In this document: one piece after another, positions 26,886 through 36,160 of the stretch
How positions within the stretch are numbered: the stretch's first letter is position 1
How the letters are laid out: the number at the start of each line of letters is the position of its first letter
Source of the DNA: Patescibacteria group bacterium
GTDB taxonomy: Bacteria; Patescibacteriota; UBA1384; 2-12-FULL-50-11
Length of the DNA: 64,000 nucleotides
Direction of reading: 5' to 3'
NCBI GenBank assembly: GCA_022843855.1
Contig: JALHMV010000002.1
Coordinates: 14,496 to 78,495 of the forward strand
Program-made: the position numbers and the translations under genes
Notes under the pieces: model-generated
What the model was told of the DNA's origin: nothing
The model's database searches: none
The model's input: only the letters and a program-made list of their open reading frames with translations

Positions 26886-27215
26886 TTACGGTTGGTTTTC
26901 GGCCAATTTAATCAACTGGACGACTTCGATCCGGTGCTTGGTCGCCTCCTCGCTGACGATGCGGGGCAGATCGATCTCAGTCTCAACTAGAAAATCAGCT
27001 AGTTTCTGCGGGTCACCAGCTTCGGCAACTCGTTTGAATTCGTCCGCTTCCGTGTCCGATAACAGCTCAGCAACCCGATTGACAACCCGAGCCTCGACGG
27101 TTGTGACCATCGTCTGAATTAGTTGCTGTTTTCGCTCGTCTGAGGCGCCATCGATGTCTAATAGCTCAAAAATATCTTTCTCAAGTATCTCTTCGACCGA
27201 GGGAATAAGGCTCAT
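26886..27215 (-). CDS. Small acidic conserved hypothetical protein (109 aa) co-transcribed with the large membrane protein
   Basis: RBS GAGAGG upstream. Sequence MSLIPSVEEILEKDIFELLDIDGASDERKQQ... resembles a small acidic protein family recalled from Patescibacteria-type genomes (from memory only). Confidence 0.6.
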   Translation of the reverse strand: MSLIPSVEEILEKDIFELLDIDGASDERKQQLIQTMVTTVEARVVNRVAELLSDTEADEFKRVAEAGDPQKLADFLVETEIDLPRIVSEEATKHRIEVVQLIKLAENQP

Positions 27216-27222
27216 CCTCTCA

Positions 27223-27251
27223 AAGATAAGCTCTCAGTTAGAGGACGTCAA
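27223..27251 (-). promoter_or_regulatory. Promoter candidate TTGACG-17-TATCTT (minus strand) for the small-acidic/large-membrane gene pair
   Basis: Read directly. Confidence 0.25.
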
Positions 27252-27265
27252 CCTGAGAATTGGGA

Positions 27266-27293
27266 AAGAAAAAAGCGGCTGGGATACGCCGCT
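27266..27293 (-). terminator. Intrinsic terminator overlapping the sigma-factor stop (AGCGGC gtatccca GCCGCT TTTTTTCTTT on the minus strand)
   Basis: Read directly. Confidence 0.55.
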
Positions 27294-27958
27294 TATTGAT
27301 CGTCATGCAGTTGGGTTGCTTCGTCGGCCAGTCTTTTGAAGAGACGCTCCAGTTTGTTGTTCATCGCTTGTCGAGAGACGCCACGCTTGGCGGCGAGCTC
27401 AGCAACCGACTGGCCCGATCCACTCTCAAGACCAAATCTGTCAATGATTAACTGCCGCTCTTCTGTTTCAAGAGTCGCTAGTAGCTGGGAAACAAGTAGG
27501 CGATCGAGCGACGGGACATGAGTTGGGTCTCTATCAATCAGACTGTCGCCCACCGTCACAACCCGACCATTACCACCAACAACCGGTTGCTCAAACGACA
27601 TATTCAGATGAGGAGGGATGACGCTTTTGCGGCAAGCGTGGCGAATGAGACGAGCACACTGCCATCTCATTTGCGTGATGACAAAGCTTCGCCAGGACAT
27701 CCCACGATTCGGCTCATAGGCCCGGAAAGCAGCGACCACAACCGGTCGGAGCAGCTGCTCCCAGTTCAGCCGATCTTCCGAGGAGAGAAGCGGGAACATC
27801 TGAGCAAGGGTCACTTGGACATATCGCTCGGCATCGGCGACAACCTGTTCTTCTATGCTCATGCGCTCGACTGCCGAAGTGGCGGGGTCACGATGCCGGC
27901 GCAGCCGGACTTCAAAGTCATCCGGATTCTTCTTCAAGGTGCGCTCCAGATACCGCAT
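27293..27958 (-). CDS. Sigma-70 family RNA polymerase sigma factor (group 3, FliA/WhiG-like; regions 2 and 4)
   Basis: Region 2.2-like YEPNRGMSWRSFVITQMRWQCARLIR. Region 4 HTH LETEERQLIIDRFGL...SVAELAAKRGVSRQAMNNKLERL. The ORF extends to 27985; the ATG at 27958 is preferred. Confidence 0.7.
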   Translation of the reverse strand: MRYLERTLKKNPDDFEVRLRRHRDPATSAVERMSIEEQVVADAERYVQVTLAQMFPLLSSEDRLNWEQLLRPVVVAAFRAYEPNRGMSWRSFVITQMRWQCARLIRHACRKSVIPPHLNMSFEQPVVGGNGRVVTVGDSLIDRDPTHVPSLDRLLVSQLLATLETEERQLIIDRFGLESGSGQSVAELAAKRGVSRQAMNNKLERLFKRLADEATQLHDDQ

Positions 27959-28036
27959 CGTACTCGAAACAACGACGAAAAACAATCAGCAGCCGATTAT
28001 CGCCGGCGGAGACTGGGCAGCCGGATTAATAGTACG

Positions 28037-29149
28037 TTAGCTGAGGTAGTCCTTGAGGCGCGATGACTCTTCGTGTTTTTTGAGCTTCTGCAACGCTTTG
28101 GCTTCGATTTGCCGAATACGCTCGCGGGTAACGCCGAATTCTTTTCCAACTTCTTCGAGCGTGTGGGTCTTGCCGCCGTCGTCCAGACCAAAGCGCATCC
28201 GCAAGATCTTCTGCTCCCGGGGCGTCAGGATCGCCAGCGAATCCTGAACATGACCCTTCATGAGCTGGTAGATCGCCTGCTCCTCGGGCGACATCTGCTG
28301 TTTGTCTTCGATAAATTCACCGAGTGTTGAGTCGTTTTCCTCGCCAACCGGCGCCTCAAGCGAGACGATGTCCTGCGAAATCTTCATGATGTGTTCCAGC
28401 TTTTCGACTTCGATACCAAGCTTCTTAGCCAGCTCCTCGTAGGACGGCTCGCGGCCGAGCTCTTGTTGAAGCTCACGCTGAACGCGCATGTAACGGTTAA
28501 TCGTCTCAACCATATGAACCGGGATACGAATAACACGAGCCTGGTCAGCGATTGCGCGCGTAATCGCCTGCCGGATCCACCACGTCGCGTAGGTCGAGAA
28601 CTTAAAGCCTTTTTTATAATCAAATTTTTCGACAGCGCGCTGTAAGCCCAGATTGCCTTCCTGGACCAAGTCCAAGAGCGTCAGGCCCCGACCGATATAT
28701 TTTTTGGCGATCGAAACCACCAGGCGTAAGTTGGCTTCCGTGAGCCGGCGTTTAGCTGCTTTGTCGCCGCGTTCGATTCTTTTTGCTAACCGCACTTCTT
28801 CGCTTGAAGATAGGAGCGGGTACTGTCCGATCTCGCGCAAGTACATCCGGACCGAGTCGTCCGACATGCCTGTCAGATCGTCATCCTTGTCGGGCTTCTT
28901 TTTCATGTCTTCTTCGCTCGGGATTTCGAGAAGCGGTTTGGCGTCACGAATCTCGACACCAATCTGACCGAGGTACTTGGTAAACGAGTCGATCATCTCC
29001 AGATCCTCTTCCGGCTCCGGATAGGCTTGGATAATCTCTTTATACGTTACAAAACCGTGCTGCCGACCCTTGCGGATCAGATACATGAGTTCTTCCGGGA
29101 AACTTACCCCGGCGTCTTGTTTCAGTTTCTTGGGAACTGCTTTTGCCAT
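28037..29149 (-). CDS. rpoD: RNA polymerase primary sigma factor RpoD
   Basis: Regions 1.2 through 4 are strongly conserved ([64 protein letters not shown]). RBS AAAGGAG. Confidence 0.95.
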   Translation of the reverse strand: MAKAVPKKLKQDAGVSFPEELMYLIRKGRQHGFVTYKEIIQAYPEPEEDLEMIDSFTKYLGQIGVEIRDAKPLLEIPSEEDMKKKPDKDDDLTGMSDDSVRMYLREIGQYPLLSSSEEVRLAKRIERGDKAAKRRLTEANLRLVVSIAKKYIGRGLTLLDLVQEGNLGLQRAVEKFDYKKGFKFSTYATWWIRQAITRAIADQARVIRIPVHMVETINRYMRVQRELQQELGREPSYEELAKKLGIEVEKLEHIMKISQDIVSLEAPVGEENDSTLGEFIEDKQQMSPEEQAIYQLMKGHVQDSLAILTPREQKILRMRFGLDDGGKTHTLEEVGKEFGVTRERIRQIEAKALQKLKKHEESSRLKDYLS

Positions 29150-29270
29150 GTTTGTACTCCTTTAATTTAATCTAAACGACAATGCTTCTTCGGCTTTGCG
29201 GAGCGGGGTACGCGAGCAGAAGCGCAAAGGTGAGCACATTTTTGACGCGGCCGAAGAGGTATTGTCGTCA

Positions 29271-31013
29271 TCATCCTCGCTCCTTCGCAAGTTTGCTTAA
29301 TTCTTGCATTAGTTGTTTGACTTGGTTGATATCGCCTTTTTCCTGAGCGCGCCGAATATCCTGAGCGAGCGCTTCCTTGCGACGCTCGTAGCCCTTCGTC
29401 GCGAGTTGACCGAGTTTTTCGCGAAGCAATTCGCCCATGAGTTCGTCAGATATTTCTCCCCACTGATTGGAGAGCCAAAATTGCCACGAGTCGATCTTCT
29501 CACTTACACGTGAGTCAAGGTTGGTTTTTACCTGCGAAAGGAAGACAGACGGCGTTTTCGTCAAGGTCTTGTCAGTATACGCTTTTTTAACCTCGTCGGC
29601 AATCCGGCTAGCCTGTTCACTTTGCCAGACTACCTGCTCAAATTCCGGCTTCATTTTGACCGCGATATCTGGCCGAGCTAAAACGGCGGCAAGAAGCTGC
29701 TCCTCGTTCGTTAGATTTTGAACAGGTACCCGCTCCGGTTGAGTCCCTTGTGATTTTGAGTGAGCAGCAAGACCGGCTTTCTCAAGAGCAGCGTACACCG
29801 CATCATTTTTGACCCCGATCGATAACGCGAGACGCTGCACGTAGTGATCGAGTCGGGTCGGCTCAGTCACCAGCTGCAAGATCGGCAACATCGCTTTTAC
29901 CACTTTCTTTTTATTCTCAATGAACTGGAGGTCTCCAGCGGCTGCGACCTCTTGGCTGATCCACCACTCCAAGCCTTCCTTCGCTTGCTTAACACGCTCG
30001 GGCCAGGCCTTCGGATCCTTTTCCAAGAGCTCACCAGCGTCTTTGGCGCCGGCAAAATCAACAACCTTAACGTTGAGATCAAATCTCAGAAGCGCCTCGA
30101 TCACCTTTTTCGTCGTTGCAACCCCAGCCGAGTCAGCATCAAACGCCAGCAAAAAATTTGTTGTGTACTTCGAGAGAATTAGTAGTTGGGCGTCGGTAAT
30201 GGCTGTTCCCGAACTGGCTACCGCCTGGGTTGCCCCCGCTTGATGGAGCGCGACCACATCCATCTGGCCCTCAACGAGCACGACGTAATCGCGCTCTTTG
30301 ATGCCGGCCTTGGCAAAGTTCAGTCCGTAGATCGTCCTACTCTTGCTAAAAAGCGGGCTGTCGGGTGAGTTGAGGTACTTTGGCTGCGTGTCACCGAGGA
30401 CGCGCCCGGTAAAAGCGATCGTGTGGCCGAGCACATCTTGGATCGGAAACATAATTCGATCAAAGAACTTGTCCGGTGAGCCAGCTTTGACGATATCGGC
30501 AGCGCTAAAACCACGCTTGAGAAGGAAATCGCGCAAACTGAACGTACGCGGGACAAAACCAATGCCAAACTGTTTGATTGTTTCTTCGCTTAAGCCACGC
30601 TTCTTAAGATACTCAAGCGCAGTTTTAGCGACCGGCTGCTCGAGTAGTATCTTCTGAAAAACTTTCGCAGCTAGATTATTGATGCCGTAGAGCGTCTCTT
30701 TTTTGTCGCGAGTTTGGTGTTCGGCCTGGGTCCGCGGCTGAAGCGTCACGCCGGCTTTTTGAGCAAGGAGTCGCAAGGCATCGCCAAACTCGAGGTGCTC
30801 GGCTTCCATGATAAATTTGAAGTGGTCGCCGCCACGGCCGCAGCCAAAGCACTTCCAAATCTGCTTCTGGGGGCTGACCATCATTGACGGGGTTTTTTCC
30901 TGATGGAACGGACAAACGCACTTGTAGTTGGCGCCAGCTTTTTTGAGCGTGACGTACTGACCGATCAGATCCGTCAGATCCAGGCGCGATTTTACTTCTT
31001 CGACTTCGTTCAT
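29271..31013 (-). CDS. dnaG: DNA primase DnaG
   Basis: CHC2 zinc finger CPFHQEKTPSMMV...CFGCGRGGD and the TOPRIM motif LVEGQMDVVAL. The start is placed at the internal ATG (MNEVEEVKSRLDLTDLIGQYV); the ORF-track start at 31124 adds a non-conserved extension. Confidence 0.9.
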   Translation of the reverse strand: MNEVEEVKSRLDLTDLIGQYVTLKKAGANYKCVCPFHQEKTPSMMVSPQKQIWKCFGCGRGGDHFKFIMEAEHLEFGDALRLLAQKAGVTLQPRTQAEHQTRDKKETLYGINNLAAKVFQKILLEQPVAKTALEYLKKRGLSEETIKQFGIGFVPRTFSLRDFLLKRGFSAADIVKAGSPDKFFDRIMFPIQDVLGHTIAFTGRVLGDTQPKYLNSPDSPLFSKSRTIYGLNFAKAGIKERDYVVLVEGQMDVVALHQAGATQAVASSGTAITDAQLLILSKYTTNFLLAFDADSAGVATTKKVIEALLRFDLNVKVVDFAGAKDAGELLEKDPKAWPERVKQAKEGLEWWISQEVAAAGDLQFIENKKKVVKAMLPILQLVTEPTRLDHYVQRLALSIGVKNDAVYAALEKAGLAAHSKSQGTQPERVPVQNLTNEEQLLAAVLARPDIAVKMKPEFEQVVWQSEQASRIADEVKKAYTDKTLTKTPSVFLSQVKTNLDSRVSEKIDSWQFWLSNQWGEISDELMGELLREKLGQLATKGYERRKEALAQDIRRAQEKGDINQVKQLMQELSKLAKERG

Positions 31014-31067
31014 GGGTTGGATGAGTGAATTTAACCTTAAAAGCAGGTAGAATACAAAGGACTTTTT

Positions 31068-31216
31068 GGAAGAGTCGCCTTGATGGTCTATGTGAAGCCA
31101 GCTCCGCTGGCGGAAGAGGGCCACTTGGCAAAATGGAAGAGTCGCCTAGTGGCCTATCTTGAGCTTTGCGAAAGAAGGCCAGTTGGCAAAATGGAAGAGT
31201 CGCCTAGTGGCCTATG
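31068..31216 (+). repeat. Three tandem copies, increasingly degenerate upstream, of the 5' end of tRNA-Ser (GGAAGAGTCGCCTAGTGGCCTAT and flank) with a period of about 59-66 bp. The last copy is the real gene start
   Basis: The 38-nt blocks 31120-31157 and 31178-31215 match at 37 of 38 positions. A weaker copy lies at 31068-31091. Confidence 0.85.
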
Positions 31217-31279
31217 GCGCCGCCTTGGAAAGGCGGTTTACCCTCACGGGTATCGTGGGTTCAAATCCCACCTCTTCCG
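31193..31279 (+). tRNA. tRNA-Ser(GGA), type II with a long variable arm; CCA not encoded
   Basis: Acceptor GGAAGAG/CTCTTCC, anticodon loop TTGGAAA, variable stem-loop ACCC..GGGT, T-arm GTGGG TTCAAAT CCCAC, discriminator G. Confidence 0.85.
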
Positions 31280-31473
31280 CAGTACAAGGCAACTGCTCCC
31301 CGCACTTCTAGGATTCGTCCAGCGTGCCCGTTTCTCCCGTTGGTCGAAATCGTGGGTTCAAATCCCACCTCTTCCGCAGTACAAGGCAACTGCTCCCCGC
31401 ACTTCTAGGATTCGTCCAGCGTGCCCGTTTCTCCCGTTGGTCGAAATCGTGGGTTCAAATCCCACCTCTTCCG
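31280..31473 (+). repeat. Two identical 97-bp tandem units, each ending with the 3'-terminal 28 nt of tRNA-Ser (ATCGTGGGTTCAAATCCCACCTCTTCCG)
   Basis: 31280-31376 and 31377-31473 are identical. Each is an 69-nt spacer plus the tRNA 3' fragment. Confidence 0.95.
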
Positions 31474-31507
31474 CGATATTGGTAGACTAACAAGAGAAGG
31501 AGAAGGA

Positions 31508-31885
31508 ATGAAAAATCGTGTGGTGCATTTTGAGATTGGCTCGGAAAATCCGGGTAAGTTGTCGGAGTTTTATAAGAAAGCGCTCGGCTGGGAGATTAAC
31601 GAGTGGCCGGGGAGCGACTACTGGATGGTCGGTAAGGAAGAGGACCGCGCTGTTGGCGCCATCAACGGCGGCATCATGAAACGGTTTGAGAAAGAAGGGA
31701 CGATCAACACGATCGAGGTTGAGGATATCGAAGCCTCAATCAAAGACGTAATCGATGCTGGCGGCACGATCGCCAAACCACTCGCCGACATGGACTTCGG
31801 CGACGACCAGATTATGCGTTGGTGCTACTGCAAAGACCCAGACGGCAACGTCTTCAGCCTGATGCAGGTGGTCCCCAAGAAGTAA
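31508..31885 (+). CDS. VOC/glyoxalase-bleomycin-resistance family protein
   Basis: RBS GAAGGAGAAGGA. VHFEIGSENPGKLSEFYKKALGWE is a typical VOC N-terminus. The ORF-track start at 31421 runs into the tRNA repeats. Confidence 0.7.
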   Translation: MKNRVVHFEIGSENPGKLSEFYKKALGWEINEWPGSDYWMVGKEEDRAVGAINGGIMKRFEKEGTINTIEVEDIEASIKDVIDAGGTIAKPLADMDFGDDQIMRWCYCKDPDGNVFSLMQVVPKK

Positions 31886-32344
31886 TTACTGGCCTTCGCG
31901 CTTTTTGCGCGCTTCCATTAGTTCGACAGTGTCTTTAATGAGTCGGCGCAAGACTGACTCGTCGATGTCGGAGAGCTTGTTGAAATAAAGACAGACCTTG
32001 CTGGTCGTGTGCTTGCCGAGCTTCTTTAGGAGCGGTGTTGGGTCGTAGCCAGACGCGATCGAATACTCCTCAAAGCCGGTCATGATGTAAGCAGTCATGG
32101 ACTGGACTCGCGGCGAGAATCCAGTCAGCGGCATATCGCCCTCCCGACCGGAGGCGTACTTGTAGTGGTACGTCCCGAAGCCGATAATAGCCGGTCCCCA
32201 CATTTTGGCGGGGTAGCCCGTCTCCTCCTCAAAGATTTTCAAGAGCTTCAAGGCATCTTCACGGCGCTGCTTGTTGGGAACGCCGAGGATAAAGGCCTTA
32301 ACATCTCCATCGTTCTCGACGGTTTTGTTTTCGTTTCTGCTCAT
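31886..32344 (-). CDS. Conserved hypothetical protein (DUF1801-like family with an MWGPxIIGFGxYHYKY motif)
   Basis: 152-aa ORF. The motif MWGPAIIGFGTYHYKYASGREGD is recalled from a widespread family. Confidence 0.5.
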   Translation of the reverse strand: MSRNENKTVENDGDVKAFILGVPNKQRREDALKLLKIFEEETGYPAKMWGPAIIGFGTYHYKYASGREGDMPLTGFSPRVQSMTAYIMTGFEEYSIASGYDPTPLLKKLGKHTTSKVCLYFNKLSDIDESVLRRLIKDTVELMEARKKREGQ

Positions 32345-32391
32345 TAGGCAGATTCTAGCAAAATTGAGTCACTACCCGCATAATCCAAGCG

Positions 32392-32811
32392 ATGCGTCTT
32401 TGGAGCCTCCACCCGAAAAATCTGGACCGTCAGGGCTTGCTCGCCCTTTGGCGCGAAGGATTGCTCGCTAAGAAAGTCCTCAGAGGCGGGACGAAGGGTT
32501 ACGCCAACCACCCGCAGCTACAACGCTTTCGCTCTCACGCTGATAGTGGAGCAGCGATTAATCACTTCCTGCATGTAGTTGCTGACGAGGCCCAGCGGCG
32601 AGGCTATCGCTTTGACCGTAGTAAACTGCAAGCTGTCGATGGAGTCGAGCCTATTGCAGTGACAAGCGGTCAGGTTGAGTACGAATTTGAGCACCTTCGT
32701 AAGAAACTATCCGCTCGAGACCCGGCTCGCGTCGACACTCTCACCAACGACGTTCACCCGCTCTTTCGCGTCATCGACGGACCTGTTGAACGCTGGGAGA
32801 TTGTTAAATGA
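32392..32811 (+). CDS. Pyrimidine dimer DNA glycosylase family protein (T4 endoV-like)
   Basis: N-terminus MRLWSLHPKNLDRQGLLALWREGLLA is characteristic. Confidence 0.65.
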   Translation: MRLWSLHPKNLDRQGLLALWREGLLAKKVLRGGTKGYANHPQLQRFRSHADSGAAINHFLHVVADEAQRRGYRFDRSKLQAVDGVEPIAVTSGQVEYEFEHLRKKLSARDPARVDTLTNDVHPLFRVIDGPVERWEIVK

Positions 32812-33380
32812 ATCGCTGTAGCTGGCCGGGTAATAACGACCTAATGGTCAAGTACCACGACGAGGAGTGGGGTACACCCTGCCGGGACGACCGCAGATTG
32901 TTTGAGTACCTAGTTCTTGATGCGTTTCAAGCCGGTTTAAGTTGGGCTATTGTACTGAAGAAACGGGAAGGGTTCCGTGCGGCGTTTGAAGATTTTGACC
33001 CAATCAAGATCGCCCGTTATGACGAGACTAAGATCCAAGCACTCCTCCAAGACGCGGGTATAATTCGTAACCAGGCTAAGGTCCGCGGCACCGTCACCAA
33101 CGCCCAACAGTTCCTGGCGATCCAAGCAGAGCTGGGCAGCTTCTCGAACTATGTTTGGAGCTTCGTCGGTGGCAAGACGATTCAGAACAATTGGTCGAGC
33201 GACTCTGACATTCCGGCGACCAGCCCCGAGTCAGACGCCATGGCAGCCGATATGAAAAAACGCGGCTTCAAGTTCTGTGGCCGGGCGATCTGCTACGCCT
33301 TCATGCAAGCCGCTGGCCTCGTCAATGACCACGTCACCGACTGCTTCCGCTACCAAGCGGTCAAAGGTATAGTAAGGTAG
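32808..33380 (+). CDS. tag: DNA-3-methyladenine glycosylase I (Tag)
   Basis: Zn-binding C-x-W...H-D-x-E-W-G at the N-terminus, conserved Tag core, 4-nt overlap with the upstream gene. Confidence 0.85.
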   Translation: MNRCSWPGNNDLMVKYHDEEWGTPCRDDRRLFEYLVLDAFQAGLSWAIVLKKREGFRAAFEDFDPIKIARYDETKIQALLQDAGIIRNQAKVRGTVTNAQQFLAIQAELGSFSNYVWSFVGGKTIQNNWSSDSDIPATSPESDAMAADMKKRGFKFCGRAICYAFMQAAGLVNDHVTDCFRYQAVKGIVR

Positions 33381-33382
33381 TC

Positions 33383-34129
33383 ATGACCTGGCGAATCATC
33401 GCGGTACTCACCACCATCCTCACCCTTGTCGTCAACGGACTCGCCACAGCGCTGCCGCTCAATGGGCTAACCACTGCTGAGATTTCTGACAGCTTCAGCG
33501 TTTTCTTTGTACCAGCCGGTTATGTGTTTAGTATTTGGGGGGTCATCTATCTACTCTTAATCGCCTTCTCCGCCTACCTTTTCACCACGGAGGGTAAAAA
33601 CGATCCAGTCGCAACTCGGATCCTGCCGTGGTACGTCGTTAGCGCCTTTGCCAACTCAATCTGGCTGTTTTGTTGGCACTACCAACAATTCGGCCTCAGT
33701 GTGGTGGTTATGCTCGTGCTTTTAGCTACTTTACTGCGAATCTACACGCTTCTCCCCACCCCCACGACACGCGCTCAAACGTGGGCTCGTAACCTCCCTT
33801 TTAGTGTTTACTTGGGCTGGATCTCGGTCGCAACGATCGCCAACGTGAGCGCGTATCTCGATTTGATCAGCTGGAGCGCTTTCGGCTTAAGTGAGCGAAC
33901 CTGGGCGGTGATTATGGTTATCGTTGCTGGGCTACTCGGTTCACTGATGGCTATCCGTAAACGAGAGATCGCCTACCCGCTTGTGATCGCCTGGGCGCTA
34001 ATCGGCATTAGCGTTAACTTCCCTGAGCAAAGCACGATTACCAGAGCTGTTATCGTCTCGACGATCATGATTATGGTCGCACTCATCGCGAGCGTTCGAA
34101 GTAGTAGTACTCCGGCCCGGACAACGTAG
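33383..34129 (+). CDS. Multi-pass membrane protein, TspO/MBR-like (tryptophan-rich)
   Basis: Seven or eight hydrophobic helices. Trp-rich segments (WGVIYLL, LPWYVVSAFANSIWLFCWHY). Confidence 0.45.
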   Translation: MTWRIIAVLTTILTLVVNGLATALPLNGLTTAEISDSFSVFFVPAGYVFSIWGVIYLLLIAFSAYLFTTEGKNDPVATRILPWYVVSAFANSIWLFCWHYQQFGLSVVVMLVLLATLLRIYTLLPTPTTRAQTWARNLPFSVYLGWISVATIANVSAYLDLISWSAFGLSERTWAVIMVIVAGLLGSLMAIRKREIAYPLVIAWALIGISVNFPEQSTITRAVIVSTIMIMVALIASVRSSSTPARTT

Positions 34130-34276
34130 GATCCATCGGCGAGAGAATAACGCTCGAGGGAAGGAAATGGCTAGTGGTGCGCCCACTTTGATGCAGGCTC
34201 AGTGATCGGTCTCTGTACGAGGCTAGACGCTGACTCAATCTTTCGATAGAATGTCGGTGACCGAAGGACACGAACC

Positions 34277-35224
34277 ATGAAAACAAGTCAATTGTTCGTA
34301 GCTGTCATGGCTGCGCTCTGGATTCTTCTGGCTGGATGTCAAACCGCCGCCTCCAGAGACAATGACGCCGCCGGTGCGACGCCGCGATTCCCCCACCGAG
34401 ACAACGCCGAGCCGCCAACGAGCGACAAGATCGGTCAGAGTATCCGAGATGCCGTGGAAACCCACGAGATTGCCATCACGGATATCATCCGAACGACTGG
34501 CACTGAGAGAGTCCGAGTCTTGACGGATATCGTCAGCCTGACCGAGGAGCAAGTTGGGGAGATCGCGGACGAGATCCGGGAGATCTCGGTCGAGTCAGCG
34601 CCAGCGTTGACCGGACCGAAGAAGCACTCACTTGATCTCGCCAAAGCAGTCGAGGAATGGCACAAGCGATCTCGCGAGATGCTTGGTCGACAGGATGCGC
34701 TCTCCAAGCGCAACCTTGAGGACGCTACCGACCACCTTATCGCTGAGTTCGAAGGCTTCCAGGACCAACCGGGTAGCCCGCTTGAGCGCTTCGACGGCGA
34801 GCCAAGTCGACTTCGTCGAGCAACGGCGGTCATCGTTCAAGTCGCCGAGGCCGCTCGCAACGCCTCTGTGGCTCGGCCGACGAGCGCCGCCCAACGTCCC
34901 CGATCGTCAACCAGCCCGCCTGCGTCATCGGCGTCAAGCGGTCGTCCGGTTGCAGCTGTCGGACTGTTACCGGTGTCGGCGTTCCGTCTACTCACTGAGG
35001 CGGACCTGCGGTACTTCTCTCCGAGAGAGCTCACGCTTATCCGGAACGAGATCTACGCCCGGCACGGTCGGACGTTCCAGACAGCGTGGATTCAAGCGTA
35101 CTTCGACTCCCAGAGTTGGTACCAACGAGACCCGACGTACCGCGATTCCTGGCTGAGCCGGACTGAGGCTAGAAACGCTGCCTTCGTCGCCGACTATCAA
35201 CGTCGGACCGGGCAGACGTACTAA
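34277..35224 (+). CDS. Lipoprotein with a C-terminal YARHG domain
   Basis: Lipobox LLAGC and a C-terminal EIYARHGRTF motif. Confidence 0.7.
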   Translation: MKTSQLFVAVMAALWILLAGCQTAASRDNDAAGATPRFPHRDNAEPPTSDKIGQSIRDAVETHEIAITDIIRTTGTERVRVLTDIVSLTEEQVGEIADEIREISVESAPALTGPKKHSLDLAKAVEEWHKRSREMLGRQDALSKRNLEDATDHLIAEFEGFQDQPGSPLERFDGEPSRLRRATAVIVQVAEAARNASVARPTSAAQRPRSSTSPPASSASSGRPVAAVGLLPVSAFRLLTEADLRYFSPRELTLIRNEIYARHGRTFQTAWIQAYFDSQSWYQRDPTYRDSWLSRTEARNAAFVADYQRRTGQTY

Positions 35225-35273
35225 ATCAAAATGCCCCCGACCGTTGGTCGGGGGCGAAACATATCGCTCAACC

Positions 35274-36002
35274 CTACTGGCCGAGCAACGTCGTCTTGAG
35301 CGCTCGGACAACAGCGCTCGCGTAGGCTCGCTCATTGCCTGCTCGGTCAATCCAGTCAACGCCGGCCGCGTTCAGCGGCACCACTTCCAGGAGGACCACT
35401 GGTACCGTGGCGTACCGCGAACCCGTCAACAAGCCGTTCTGCCGGGCACCAACCGCCGTCTGTTCGTCAGAACGAACACCGCCGCGTCGAATCTGCGAGT
35501 CGAGCGTTGGTTCGATTGACTGCCAAATGACCCGAGCAAGCTCTTCGCTCCGGCCGGCCAGCTCTCGATCCGGATGTCGGCGAGGAACATAGAGCGCCGC
35601 TGCGCCGTTCGGGGCGTCGAACTGCAAACGCAGGAACAGCGCTGCCCCAACGCCGTTGGCAATCTCGGCTCGTCGACGGTTGTCCTCAACCTGGTTTTTG
35701 GCCCCGAGATCGTCGCGCGAACCGCGCCGCGTCACGACAACCCGGAACCCCGCCTCAACGAGCATTGGCTCGAGCACTTCGGCCAGTCGAAGCGCTCGAC
35801 TCGCCTCACCGACAGCACCCTCAGGGTTTGCGACGGTCCCGTGACCGGGATCAACGCAGATGACAGGAGCCGCTGCCAGAGGACGAACTGTGGGGTCGGC
35901 TAGGGATGACGAAAGAGACGATCCGGCCGTTACGGCCGCTGCTAGTAGTAGCGAAAGGAACATGGTTCTCCGTCGGAAGTTTAACTTACTTCGCTGCGTC
36001 AA
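35274..36002 (-). CDS. N-acetylmuramoyl-L-alanine amidase (Amidase_3 family)
   Basis: ICVDPGHG...EASRALRLAEVLEPMLVEAGFRVVVTR is the typical Amidase_3 N-terminal core, with a signal peptide. Confidence 0.75.
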   Translation of the reverse strand: MTQRSKLNFRRRTMFLSLLLAAAVTAGSSLSSSLADPTVRPLAAAPVICVDPGHGTVANPEGAVGEASRALRLAEVLEPMLVEAGFRVVVTRRGSRDDLGAKNQVEDNRRRAEIANGVGAALFLRLQFDAPNGAAALYVPRRHPDRELAGRSEELARVIWQSIEPTLDSQIRRGGVRSDEQTAVGARQNGLLTGSRYATVPVVLLEVVPLNAAGVDWIDRAGNERAYASAVVRALKTTLLGQ

Positions 36003-36160
36003 TCAAGAGACAGCCCGTCCCATCGCCAAATACGGAACCGGCCGTAGACGATCTGTTATTGACGGGCTTCTTCTGTTTGGCCAGTATTGAACAAGCAGCT
36101 TTGTGGTCTCTCCCAAATTAGGGAGAATTCTCCAATAACCAGCCATAGAACAGTCAATAG

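Noticed and set aside
31280-31473. Possibility that the 97-bp units are additional tRNA genes or a CRISPR array
   Set aside because: No acceptor-stem complement, so they cannot fold as tRNAs. Only two units, with no variable spacers and no cas genes.
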